From NCBI GenBank assembly GCA_041177485.1, contig JBEDBC010000006.1:1-39127 (forward strand): a DNA stretch of 39,127 nucleotides, given 5' to 3'. The stretch comes from Candidatus Parcubacteria bacterium (lineage in GTDB: Bacteria; Patescibacteriota; Minisyncoccia; SW-4-49-11). A program made the translations under genes and the position numbers. This document shows positions 16,586 through 25,530 of the stretch, piece by piece (the stretch's first letter is position 1; every line of letters starts with the position of its first letter). The notes below the pieces were generated by a model. It made no database searches and was not told the DNA's origin. It saw nothing but the letters and a program-made list of their open reading frames with translations.

Positions 16586-17842
16586 ATGAAAATAAAAACC
16601 TATCAATTACACAAAGGGTTCACACTAATAGAACTATTGCTAGTATTAACCTTAATTAGTATCTTGATTACTATTGGGGCCATTAACTTTAATACAACTG
16701 AGAGATTCTCTGAAGCTCGTAATGATGTCAGACAACGACACGTTCAATTGTTGGAAAACACAATTTTACAATATAAACTACAAGAAGGCTCTTATCCTCC
16801 AGGCCTAACCAGAGAATATAAGGAAATATGTAATACAGGAGCTCTTACGATTAATGATAATTTACCCGATAACTATTGTGCCGATAAACTAGACTTAAGA
16901 GTTTTGGTTCCCAAATATATTCAATCAATACCTTTAGACCCTAGCTATAATGATAGTAGTAATGGAAGTGGTTATAATCTTGCAATAGATGAAGCCTCTA
17001 ACACCGCCGGAATAAAGTCAATTCAGACTGAGCTAGATAAGACTATTGCAGTTAATGAGACTCTACCTAATCAGGAAAGTTCTGTAGTCAATGACAGCTT
17101 GAATCCTACTAATCCGCAGACTCCACCTGAGGCTCCTACTATTATAAATAATGGACTAGCCTTATATTTAGATGCTGGTAACACTCTAAGCTATTCTGGA
17201 ACAGGTAGCATTTGGACTGACTTGAGTGGTAATAGTAATAATGCAACCCTATTCAATGGTGTAACTTATAGTACAGATAATGGAGGCACATTTGTTTTTG
17301 ATGGTACTAATGATTATATAACAATACCACATTCAGATAGTCTGAATTTCCCATCTCAACTAACAATGTCAATATGGTACTATAGTGGCACCAATATAGG
17401 TAATAGTGCTACTCTTAACACTCTTTATTTAAAAGGTATAACAGACTTGGATAGATATAACCCTCTTTTAAGTGTAGATAGTACGTATAGGTGGGGTTTG
17501 TCTGGTGGTGGGGGTAGTAGATCTCAATATAATTCTGAATCTGGATTTATACAGCCTAATACTTGGTACAATATATCAGTATCTCACATAAGTGGTTCTG
17601 ACCCTAAAGTCTATAAAAATAATATTTTATCAACTACGCACACATATGATCCGAGTAGGGGGACAGGTAGCGTCCCTTTGGTTGTAAATACTGACCCCGT
17701 CTCTATAAACGCTGATATATTAAGAAATACAATAGGTAATTTTAACGGTAAAATTTCCATTTTTATGATATATAATAGGGCTTTAACTCAAGAGGAGATT
17801 GCTCATAACTTTGAATTTTTAAGATCTAGATTTGGTATCTGA
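16586..17842 (+). CDS. Prepilin-type N-terminal domain protein fused to a LamG/concanavalin-A-like lectin domain
   Basis: Class III signal HKG|FTLIELLLVLTLISILITIGAINF, a pilin-like body and a Pro/Thr/Asn linker. The Laminin_G_3-type domain follows (LYLDAGN...WTDLSGN...FDGTNDYITIP...WYNISVSH...IYNRALTQEEI). Confidence 0.85.
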   Translation: MKIKTYQLHKGFTLIELLLVLTLISILITIGAINFNTTERFSEARNDVRQRHVQLLENTILQYKLQEGSYPPGLTREYKEICNTGALTINDNLPDNYCADKLDLRVLVPKYIQSIPLDPSYNDSSNGSGYNLAIDEASNTAGIKSIQTELDKTIAVNETLPNQESSVVNDSLNPTNPQTPPEAPTIINNGLALYLDAGNTLSYSGTGSIWTDLSGNSNNATLFNGVTYSTDNGGTFVFDGTNDYITIPHSDSLNFPSQLTMSIWYYSGTNIGNSATLNTLYLKGITDLDRYNPLLSVDSTYRWGLSGGGGSRSQYNSESGFIQPNTWYNISVSHISGSDPKVYKNNILSTTHTYDPSRGTGSVPLVVNTDPVSINADILRNTIGNFNGKISIFMIYNRALTQEEIAHNFEFLRSRFGI

Positions 17843-17892
17843 TATATAACTATAAACTGTTTTAGTGAGATCTATCTTTTATCTTATAATTT

Positions 17893-17901
17893 TGGTATAA
17901 T
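17893..17901 (+). promoter_or_regulatory. Extended -10 promoter element (TGgTATAAT) for the rpe-murE-murA-rel block
   Basis: tTGgTATAAT ends 24 nt before the ATG at 17926. Confidence 0.5.
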
Positions 17902-17925
17902 AATACTTAAATTAAACTATAATTT

Positions 17926-18588
17926 ATGAGTATTGTTATACCAGCTATTTTGACTAATTCCAAGCAAGAGTTCAGAGAATATTTATCAGCTATTAAATCT
18001 ACTGCTAATACCGTTCAGATTGATGTTATGGATGGAGAATTTGTGTCATCTAAGTCTCTTATGCCTAGGGAATTTTTTTATGAAGATTTTGGTAATCTCA
18101 ATATCGAGATTCATATTATGGCTAATTTCAATAATACTAGGGATATTATTGAGAGTCTCAAGTCTTTTAAAGCCTGTACTAGAATTATAGTGCATCAGGA
18201 AATTTGTGAGAATTTAGAACAGCTTCGGCAATTGGTTAATTTGATTAAGTCTATTAATAAAGAGGTAGCTATTGCTATTAATCCAGATACAGATATTAGA
18301 GATATTGGGAAGGTGGTCAAAAAAATTGACGGAGTTCAATTTATGGGAGTAAACCCTGGATTCTATGGTTCACCTCTGCAAGCTCAAGTGTATGAAAAGG
18401 TAAAAGATTTCCAAAATCGTTATACTATGTATGAAGGTGATATAGCTTGGGACGGAGCTGTGAATATGGATAATATTAAGACTATCAGAGACTTGGGAGT
18501 GAATAGAATTGCTGTTGGTAGTGCTATTTTTAAGTCAGATAATCCCTCTCAAGTTTACCAAGAATTATTATCCCAAATTCAAAATTAA
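17926..18588 (+). CDS. rpe: Ribulose-phosphate 3-epimerase family protein (divergent)
   Basis: Collinear by eye with E. coli Rpe: VIPAILT, VQIDVMDGEFV, IEIHIMAN, IVHQE, AINPDT, FMGVNPGFYGSP, WDGAVN, AVGSAIF. The first metal-ligand His appears to be replaced (see findings). Confidence 0.75.
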   Translation: MSIVIPAILTNSKQEFREYLSAIKSTANTVQIDVMDGEFVSSKSLMPREFFYEDFGNLNIEIHIMANFNNTRDIIESLKSFKACTRIIVHQEICENLEQLRQLVNLIKSINKEVAIAINPDTDIRDIGKVVKKIDGVQFMGVNPGFYGSPLQAQVYEKVKDFQNRYTMYEGDIAWDGAVNMDNIKTIRDLGVNRIAVGSAIFKSDNPSQVYQELLSQIQN

Positions 18589-18611
18589 TCATCCAAGCCT
18601 AATAACTCAAC

Positions 18612-19910
18612 ATGCCAAAAGTAATACTAAAAGAACTAAAGTCTTTATACCATTTATTACTAAATCATATTATTAATATTGGGTTTGGAAGACCTAGTGA
18701 GTCTATAATTGTGATTGGAATTACAGGTACTAAGGGCAAGACTAGCACAGTCTATACCTTGTATCAAACTTTAGTCAAATTGGGTCTGAGGGTTGGTTTA
18801 ACTTCTTCAGTTTATTCGAGTAATGGGATTGAACTTTCTAAGAATAAAATCCGTAACTCTATGCCAGGACGTGGTCAGATTCACCGCTTGATGAAAGAGG
18901 CTAAGAATAATGGAGCAGAGGTCTTTATAGTAGAAGTTACTAGTGAAGGATTGGCTCAGAATCGTCATCGTGGTATACATTTTGACTCGGTCATAATTAC
19001 AAATTTATACCCTGAGCACCTAGAGGCGCATGGTGGATTTGAGAATTATAAAAAAGCTAAAGGATTATTATTCCAATCCTTTGAGCAATCAAAACCTAAG
19101 AAAATAAAGGTTCAAGTTATTGAGCCTTTAGCCTGGGTAAATCAAGATGATAAATATCAAGAGTATTATCGAGACCTGACCAAAAAGCAAGTCTACTCTA
19201 CTGGCAGATCAGAGCAGTCAACTTTACAAATTTTGGATATTAAATCAGATCAAAATGGTTTAGAATTTGGTTATCGAGACAATAAGTCTAAAGCTAGGTA
19301 TAGTGTGTCCACTCCAATATTGGGGGAATTTATGGGTTATAATTTACTGTTTGTAATAGGAGTTGCACACTGGCTGGGATATGAATACGAGAAAATCAAC
19401 AAGGTTTTATCTGATCTTAATGATATCCCCGGAAGAATGAATAAAGTATCATCTAAGCCCAATATCTTTGTAGATTATGCTCATATTCCTGAAGCCTTAG
19501 AACAAGTATATCAAACGGTTAATGCTAGTTTTAAGGGTAAAGGTAAAACTATTGCTATTTTAGGTTCTTGTGGTGGCGGCAGAGATACTTGGAAAAGATC
19601 CCCCATGGGTAAGGTCGCAGGTCAGATGAATGATTATGTGATTGTGACTGATGAGGATCCGTATGATGAGAATCCCCAAGTTATTATTGATGAAGTTTTT
19701 GCTGGGGTACTAGAGGCCGGGAAGATCGAGAATCAAAATGCCTGGCGAATTTTATCTAGAAAAGAGGCATTCCAAAAAGCCTTAAACCTGGCTAAGCCTG
19801 AAGATAATATAATAATTACTGGAAAGGGGAGTGAAACTAGTATTATGAGAGCTAATGGTATAAAGGAGGATTGGAACGATACTGATGAAGTCTTAAAATT
19901 ATTAAATTAA
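18612..19910 (+). CDS. murE: Mur ligase, MurE-like (UDP-MurNAc-L-Ala-D-Glu:diamino acid ligase) with a short N-terminal domain
   Basis: P-loop GITGTKGKTST, PGRMNKV, VDYAHIPEAL, GSCGGGRDTWKRSPMG, VTDEDPYDENP, GKGSE. The order matches MurE. Confidence 0.7.
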   Translation: MPKVILKELKSLYHLLLNHIINIGFGRPSESIIVIGITGTKGKTSTVYTLYQTLVKLGLRVGLTSSVYSSNGIELSKNKIRNSMPGRGQIHRLMKEAKNNGAEVFIVEVTSEGLAQNRHRGIHFDSVIITNLYPEHLEAHGGFENYKKAKGLLFQSFEQSKPKKIKVQVIEPLAWVNQDDKYQEYYRDLTKKQVYSTGRSEQSTLQILDIKSDQNGLEFGYRDNKSKARYSVSTPILGEFMGYNLLFVIGVAHWLGYEYEKINKVLSDLNDIPGRMNKVSSKPNIFVDYAHIPEALEQVYQTVNASFKGKGKTIAILGSCGGGRDTWKRSPMGKVAGQMNDYVIVTDEDPYDENPQVIIDEVFAGVLEAGKIENQNAWRILSRKEAFQKALNLAKPEDNIIITGKGSETSIMRANGIKEDWNDTDEVLKLLN

Positions 19911-19916
19911 AATTAT

Positions 19917-21191
19917 ATGTCAAAATTTCAAATTAAAGGCAATCAATTTGGGAAAAGTGGTGAGATTCCAGTTTATGGGGCGAAAAACTCAGCTATAAAA
20001 TTATTACCAGCGACACTTCTAATTAATGGTAAGATAACTTTACATAATATTCCCGATATTGACGATATTAGGGATATGATTGAAATTCTAAAAGTACTTG
20101 GTGCTACTGTGGATAGGGTTGCCCACCATTCGTATAGTGTAGATACAACCACGGTTTATACCAGTATTATACCAGTTGAATTGGCAGTAAAGATGAGGGC
20201 TTCATTTCTATTTATTGCACCTTTGTTGATCCGTTTTGGGGAAGTGGTTTTTCCTCATCCTGGGGGAGATGCAATCGGTAGAAGACCAATTGATATGACT
20301 TTGGAAAGTTTGGCTATGATGGGAGCAGAGGTGGTTGAAGAAAATTACCAATACATATTTCGCTTAAAAAATAAACCGTTACATGGTATAGATTATGTCT
20401 TTAAGTGGATTTCTCATACCGCTACAGAACATTTGATTATGTCTGCCGTGAAAGCGAAGGGTAAGACTGTTATCTATAATGCAGCATTAGAACCAGAAAT
20501 CACTGCACTATGTGATATGCTGAGATTAGCTGGGGCTAAAATACAGGGTGATGGCACGTCAGAAATTATAGTTGAAGGAGTCGATTCTCTGCAGGGTGAG
20601 TCCTTAGAATACACTAATATCCCAGACAGACTAGAAGCTGGAACTTTTGCTGTTCTAGGGGCTTTGACTAGGAGTGATATCACGGTTACTGGGATAAATC
20701 CAGGCCACCTTAGAGTTTTTTGGAAATTTCTAGATTTGGCTGGTGTAGACTATGAGCTTGGGGATGATTACGTACATATCTTACCCCATAACAAAGATTA
20801 CAAAGCATTACATCTCAAAACCCATGAGTATCCTGGATTTGTAACCGACCTGCAGGCTCCCTTTACTCTATTATTAACCCAGGCAAAAGGAACATCGGTA
20901 GTACAAGAGACCATCTTTGACGGTAGATTATTCTATACAGATACTTTGAATCAAATGGGAGCTAATATTATTATGTGTGATCCTTATCGTGTAGTGGTCA
21001 ATGGCCCAACTCAACTTTATGGGCGTAAAATTGAAAGTCCAGATGTTAGAGCTGGTATGACCTTTCTTTTAGCTAGTTTGATTGCTGATAGAGATAGTAT
21101 TATTCATAATATATATCATATAGATAGGGGGTATGAAAAAATAGAATACAGGTTAACTCAATTAGGATTTGATATAATTAGAATAGATTAA
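19917..21191 (+). CDS. murA: UDP-N-acetylglucosamine 1-carboxyvinyltransferase (Asp in place of the catalytic-loop Cys)
   Basis: VYGAKNSAIKLL, active-site loop HPGGDAIGRRPID, DVRAGMTFLLA, HIDRGYE. Confidence 0.92.
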   Translation: MSKFQIKGNQFGKSGEIPVYGAKNSAIKLLPATLLINGKITLHNIPDIDDIRDMIEILKVLGATVDRVAHHSYSVDTTTVYTSIIPVELAVKMRASFLFIAPLLIRFGEVVFPHPGGDAIGRRPIDMTLESLAMMGAEVVEENYQYIFRLKNKPLHGIDYVFKWISHTATEHLIMSAVKAKGKTVIYNAALEPEITALCDMLRLAGAKIQGDGTSEIIVEGVDSLQGESLEYTNIPDRLEAGTFAVLGALTRSDITVTGINPGHLRVFWKFLDLAGVDYELGDDYVHILPHNKDYKALHLKTHEYPGFVTDLQAPFTLLLTQAKGTSVVQETIFDGRLFYTDTLNQMGANIIMCDPYRVVVNGPTQLYGRKIESPDVRAGMTFLLASLIADRDSIIHNIYHIDRGYEKIEYRLTQLGFDIIRID

Positions 21192-21212
21192 ATTTTATAT
21201 ACTCCTTATAAT

Positions 21213-22721
21213 ATGGATAACTTAAGTACAAAAATTAGTAAGGATAATCTGGTCTTGGCTAGTAGTCAATTGTGGCATATCCTGAGACCTCATCTTGAAT
21301 ATCTATCTAAAGATGATTTGGAGCAAGTTGAAATTGCTTTTATACAAATGGTGGATGCACATGGTGAACAAAGACGAAAAAGTGGTGATTTCTATATTAT
21401 TCATCCAGTCTCAGCTTGTATGATTTTGGCGGAGATGCGGTTAGACAGGGATACTTTGATAGCCATGTTATTACATGATGTTCCAGAAGATACAGAAGTG
21501 AGTCTGAGAGATTTAGAAAAAATCTTTAGCCGAGAGGTTATATTTTTAGTTTCAGGAGTGACTAAATTGTCTGTTATCAAATATAAAGGTGAAGATAGAT
21601 ATGCCGAAAATTTGAGGAGAATGTTTGTGGCTATGAGTCGAGATATTAGAGTCATTTTTATTAAGTTAGCAGATAGATTGCATAACTTGGAAACCTTAGG
21701 AGCTCTACCCACAGACAAAGCACAAAGGATTGCTCTTGAGAGTTTGGAGATTTATGCCCCAATAGCTCAGCGTTTAGGTATGGGTAAGTTTCAGGAGCAA
21801 TTAGAAAATTTAAGCTTTCCCTATGCTTATCCCGAGGATTACAAGTCTTTATTATCTCAGGTAACTCATGAATATAGCACTAGACAAGAATTATTAGAGG
21901 ATATAGAAAAGAAATTAAAAAATCTTTTAGACTCAGAAGATATAGAGTACGGTAAAATATATGGTCGGTCCAAAAAGTACTACTCTTTATACAAAAAATT
22001 AGAGACTGGTAAAACTCTTGATAAAGTATATGATTTGATCGCATTACGTATTATTACGTCTGATCTAGCTACTTGTTATCAGGTGTTTTCATTAATACAG
22101 TCATATTTTGAACCATTACCTAACAGAGTTAAGGACTATATTTCTAATCCTAAAGATAATGGATATCAAAGTATTCATACTACAGTTCGTGATAAAGAAA
22201 CAGGTGTTATATTTGAGGTTCAGATTAGAACTGAAGAAATGCATGAATATTGTGAATATGGAATTGCCTCTCATTGGACATATAAACAAAAGTCTAGTTT
22301 AAATACTCATTCATTCATCGATACAGATAGATTCAAGTGGATTCAAGATTTGGTTAATTTGGGTAAAGAGCCTCTGTCGGAAGCAGAGTATCTTAAATAT
22401 GTCAAATTAGATTTATTCCAAGATCAGATCTTTGTAATGACTCCAAAAGGGGATGCTATTCGATTAATAGAAGGCGCTACAGCATTAGACTTTGCTTTTA
22501 GAATACATCAGGATATTGGTAAACATGCTGTTTTGGCTAAGGTGAATGGTAGCCCGGTCAAACTATTTGAGCCTTTGAGTAATGGGGATGTGGTTGAAAT
22601 TATTACAGATAAAAAACAAAAACCACATCGAGATTGGCTGAATATGGTGAAAACTGTCTCAGCGGCAAGAGCAATACGTAATAATTTACGTAAACAGGGA
22701 GTCAAATTAGGAGAAAAATGA
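21213..22721 (+). CDS. Bifunctional-type (p)ppGpp synthetase/hydrolase, RelA/SpoT homologue (HD + synthetase + TGS, short C-terminus)
   Basis: HD hydrolase motifs (HPVSAC, LLHDVPEDT), synthetase domain (YQSIHTTV, EVQIRTEEMH) and TGS domain (IFVMTPKGDAIRLIEGATALDFAF). At 502 aa the usual ACT/RRM region is absent. Confidence 0.88.
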   Translation: MDNLSTKISKDNLVLASSQLWHILRPHLEYLSKDDLEQVEIAFIQMVDAHGEQRRKSGDFYIIHPVSACMILAEMRLDRDTLIAMLLHDVPEDTEVSLRDLEKIFSREVIFLVSGVTKLSVIKYKGEDRYAENLRRMFVAMSRDIRVIFIKLADRLHNLETLGALPTDKAQRIALESLEIYAPIAQRLGMGKFQEQLENLSFPYAYPEDYKSLLSQVTHEYSTRQELLEDIEKKLKNLLDSEDIEYGKIYGRSKKYYSLYKKLETGKTLDKVYDLIALRIITSDLATCYQVFSLIQSYFEPLPNRVKDYISNPKDNGYQSIHTTVRDKETGVIFEVQIRTEEMHEYCEYGIASHWTYKQKSSLNTHSFIDTDRFKWIQDLVNLGKEPLSEAEYLKYVKLDLFQDQIFVMTPKGDAIRLIEGATALDFAFRIHQDIGKHAVLAKVNGSPVKLFEPLSNGDVVEIITDKKQKPHRDWLNMVKTVSAARAIRNNLRKQGVKLGEK

Positions 22722-22727
22722 TATAAT
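22719..22727 (+). promoter_or_regulatory. Extended -10 promoter element (TGaTATAAT) for mreB, overlapping the rel stop codon
   Basis: aaTGaTATAAT ends 24 nt before the ATG at 22752. Confidence 0.45.
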
Positions 22728-22751
22728 GTTTGTAGCTAGTAAAGAATTGAT

Positions 22752-23753
22752 ATGTCAAGAAAAATAGGTATAGATTTAGGAACGGCCAATGTATTGGTAT
22801 TTTTACCAAATAAGGGAATTGTAATTAACGAACCTTCAGTAGTAGCTGTAGATTTGTATAATAATTCTATTTTAGCGGTCGGTAATCATGCTAAGGAAAT
22901 GATTGGTAGAACTCCGGATGGAATTAGAGCTGTCAGGCCAATTAGAGATGGGGTAATTGCTGACTATAGAATGACAGAGGCTTTGATTGGATACTTGATT
23001 CATAAAGTAAGTAATAGAATTCGTATTTTTAGACCTGATTGTATTATTTCCGTCCCTGCTTCCATTACTTCTACAGAAAAACGAGCTGTCATAGAAGTTG
23101 CTATGAATGTAGGCGCAAAAAACGCTTATGTAGTAAAAGAGCCTATTTTAGCAGCTCTAGGAGCTGGAATTCCTATAGACATCCCCTCAGGCAGTATGGT
23201 TATTGATATCGGGGGAGGTACCACTGAGGTTGGTGTAATTTCTCTTGGAGGTATAGTAGCATTTGCTTCTGCTAGGGTTGCTGGGGATAAGCTGACCGAG
23301 GCTATTGTCACTCATATCAAGAAAAAATATAGTCTGGCAATTGGGGAACAAACAGCAGAGGATATCAAAAAACAATTGGGTTCTGCACTCCCGATTGAAA
23401 CAGATACCATGGAAATTAGAGGGAGAGATGTATTGACTGGACTACCTAAAAATGTGACAATTACTTCAGAGGAAGTAACCATTGCCATGCAGGCAGAGTT
23501 AAGAGAAATTATTCAGACAGTAAAAAATGTTTTACAAGAAACTCCTCCAGAATTAGCGAGCGATATAATAGAAAAAGGTATTGTAATTACAGGTGGAGGA
23601 GCATTGTTGAAAAATATTGCCGAATTAATCTCTAAGTCCACAGGAGTCCCATGTAAAATTGCAGACGATCCCTTATACTGTGTGGCTAAGGGTACAGGTA
23701 TAATGTTAGATAATTTAGATAAATATAAAAGAGTTTTGGGATATAAAAGGTAA
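22752..23753 (+). CDS. mreB: Rod shape-determining protein MreB
   Basis: Actin-fold motifs IGIDLGTANVLV, VIDIGGGTTEVGVIS and VITGGGALL. The length of 333 aa also fits. Confidence 0.93.
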   Translation: MSRKIGIDLGTANVLVFLPNKGIVINEPSVVAVDLYNNSILAVGNHAKEMIGRTPDGIRAVRPIRDGVIADYRMTEALIGYLIHKVSNRIRIFRPDCIISVPASITSTEKRAVIEVAMNVGAKNAYVVKEPILAALGAGIPIDIPSGSMVIDIGGGTTEVGVISLGGIVAFASARVAGDKLTEAIVTHIKKKYSLAIGEQTAEDIKKQLGSALPIETDTMEIRGRDVLTGLPKNVTITSEEVTIAMQAELREIIQTVKNVLQETPPELASDIIEKGIVITGGGALLKNIAELISKSTGVPCKIADDPLYCVAKGTGIMLDNLDKYKRVLGYKR

Positions 23754-23764
23754 AGTAATAAAAT

Positions 23765-24853
23765 ATGAAAATTGCTATTGATGCTTCCAAATTAGAGGTT
23801 AAAAATAAAACAGGTACAGAATATTACGCGGAAGAGCTAATATTGGGGCTATTAAAATCCATTCCTCATAACCATACTATCATATTATATTCCCATAAGG
23901 AGTTAGATAAATCCATTTTAAATTTACACCCTAATATTAATAATCACGTTGTTAAGAACAGGTTTTTATGGACATTGTTGGGACTATCTTTGGCCTTATT
24001 GAAGGATAAGCCTGATAGATTCTATACTCCTGCTAGCATTATTCCTCCTATCCATCCTAAAAAAAGTACTATAGTAATCCATGGTTTGGAGTATGAGGCT
24101 TTTCCTCAAGCCTATTCTTTATTTAGGTTTTGGCATTTAGCCATCTTTACAAAACTATCTGCTATATGGGCCTCAGATATTATCACTCCTAGCCAATCAA
24201 CCAAAGATGATTTAGCTAGTGAGTACGAAATTAATTCAAATAAAATTCAGGTTGTTCCCTCTGGAATACCTATACTGAATATTAACTCAACAGATAAAAT
24301 CAGAAAAAATATCTTAAATCTAAATAATACCGACTATATCTTGATACTTGGAAGAAAAGAGTTAAGAAAAAATATAATTACTATTATAGAAGCCTTTGAT
24401 TTGGTTAAATTAAGTCAACCAGATTTGAAACTAGTTTTGGCTGGGAGTGAAGGTTATGGCTATCAGGACATTGCAAGAGCTATTAACAAATCTGAATATA
24501 AAAAAGATATCATTAATCTTAACCGAGTCAACAATACAGAAAAATTAACTTTATATCAACAAGCAAGAGCAGTACTATACCCATCATTTTATGAAGGTTT
24601 TGGATTCCCAATTTTAGAAGCCTTGCAGCAGGGAACTACAGTTATAGCATCTGACATCCCTAGTTCTAGAGAAGTAGGAGATTCTATGGTAGAATATGTA
24701 GATACAGATAATATCAGGGCTTGGGCAAAAGCTATAATTGTTACTCTACAAAAAAATCTAAGTAACTCAGAAATAAAGGCCCGACAACAACACTCCCAAC
24801 AATTTGATTTCAAAAATACAGTAGAAAAAACTAAAAATATTATCTTCAAATAA
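23765..24853 (+). CDS. Glycosyltransferase family 4 (GT-B fold)
   Basis: C-terminal Glycos_transf_1 signature LYPSFYEGFGFPILEALQQGTTVIASD. Confidence 0.85.
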   Translation: MKIAIDASKLEVKNKTGTEYYAEELILGLLKSIPHNHTIILYSHKELDKSILNLHPNINNHVVKNRFLWTLLGLSLALLKDKPDRFYTPASIIPPIHPKKSTIVIHGLEYEAFPQAYSLFRFWHLAIFTKLSAIWASDIITPSQSTKDDLASEYEINSNKIQVVPSGIPILNINSTDKIRKNILNLNNTDYILILGRKELRKNIITIIEAFDLVKLSQPDLKLVLAGSEGYGYQDIARAINKSEYKKDIINLNRVNNTEKLTLYQQARAVLYPSFYEGFGFPILEALQQGTTVIASDIPSSREVGDSMVEYVDTDNIRAWAKAIIVTLQKNLSNSEIKARQQHSQQFDFKNTVEKTKNIIFK

Positions 24854-24855
24854 AT

Positions 24856-25530
24856 ATGCCCAATATAATCAAAAAAAGAAATCCTTGGAAAAATATTTTT
24901 TTCTTTAGTCTTACTACCATACCTTTATTTTCAGTTTATTATGTGGGTACCGTCTATGAGTCAGTACCTGTTGTTGAGATGATACTGAAAGGTTTTACCA
25001 ATACAGGCTATTTTTTGATTGGCTTCTCTTTGCTTTTAGGTCCAGTGGCAAAGTTTTGGAATAGCTTTGATAAGTTTTTACACTATCGTAAGCAATTAGG
25101 TATATTGGGTTTTATTTACGTCTTAATCCATGGTTTCGTAGGCACTATAATTTACGTTATCCCAAACCCTAGTTTGCTCTGGACTAATTATTGGGCTGTA
25201 GCTCTAGGTATTCTTAGTCTATATTTGTTATTTATATGCTATGCTATTTCAGAAATTATAGTAATAAAAGTGTTAGGTCCCAAAAAATGGCGTCGCTTGC
25301 TTAGATATCTTAGCTATGCAGCTTTTATCTTAGCTACAATACATATTTATCTAGCCAAATTGTCGGTTTGGCAGGGTTATATTAATTCTAATGTGATTTT
25401 TCCTCCCTTATCTTTGATTTTATTTAGTTTTGGGATATTTGTACTAGCTTTTAGATTTTATGTTTTTGTTTATGATACCTGGATCTTGGGACGCAATACA
25501 ATTAAAGATATTATTTCAAAAAGTCAGTGA
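24856..25530 (+). CDS. Ferric-reductase-like transmembrane domain protein (MsrQ/YedZ-like)
   Basis: Six hydrophobic helices with conserved-looking His residues in YRKQLGILGFIYVLIHG and ILATIHIYL, as in haem-binding MsrQ-type proteins. The assignment is tentative. Confidence 0.55.
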   Translation: MPNIIKKRNPWKNIFFFSLTTIPLFSVYYVGTVYESVPVVEMILKGFTNTGYFLIGFSLLLGPVAKFWNSFDKFLHYRKQLGILGFIYVLIHGFVGTIIYVIPNPSLLWTNYWAVALGILSLYLLFICYAISEIIVIKVLGPKKWRRLLRYLSYAAFILATIHIYLAKLSVWQGYINSNVIFPPLSLILFSFGIFVLAFRFYVFVYDTWILGRNTIKDIISKSQ

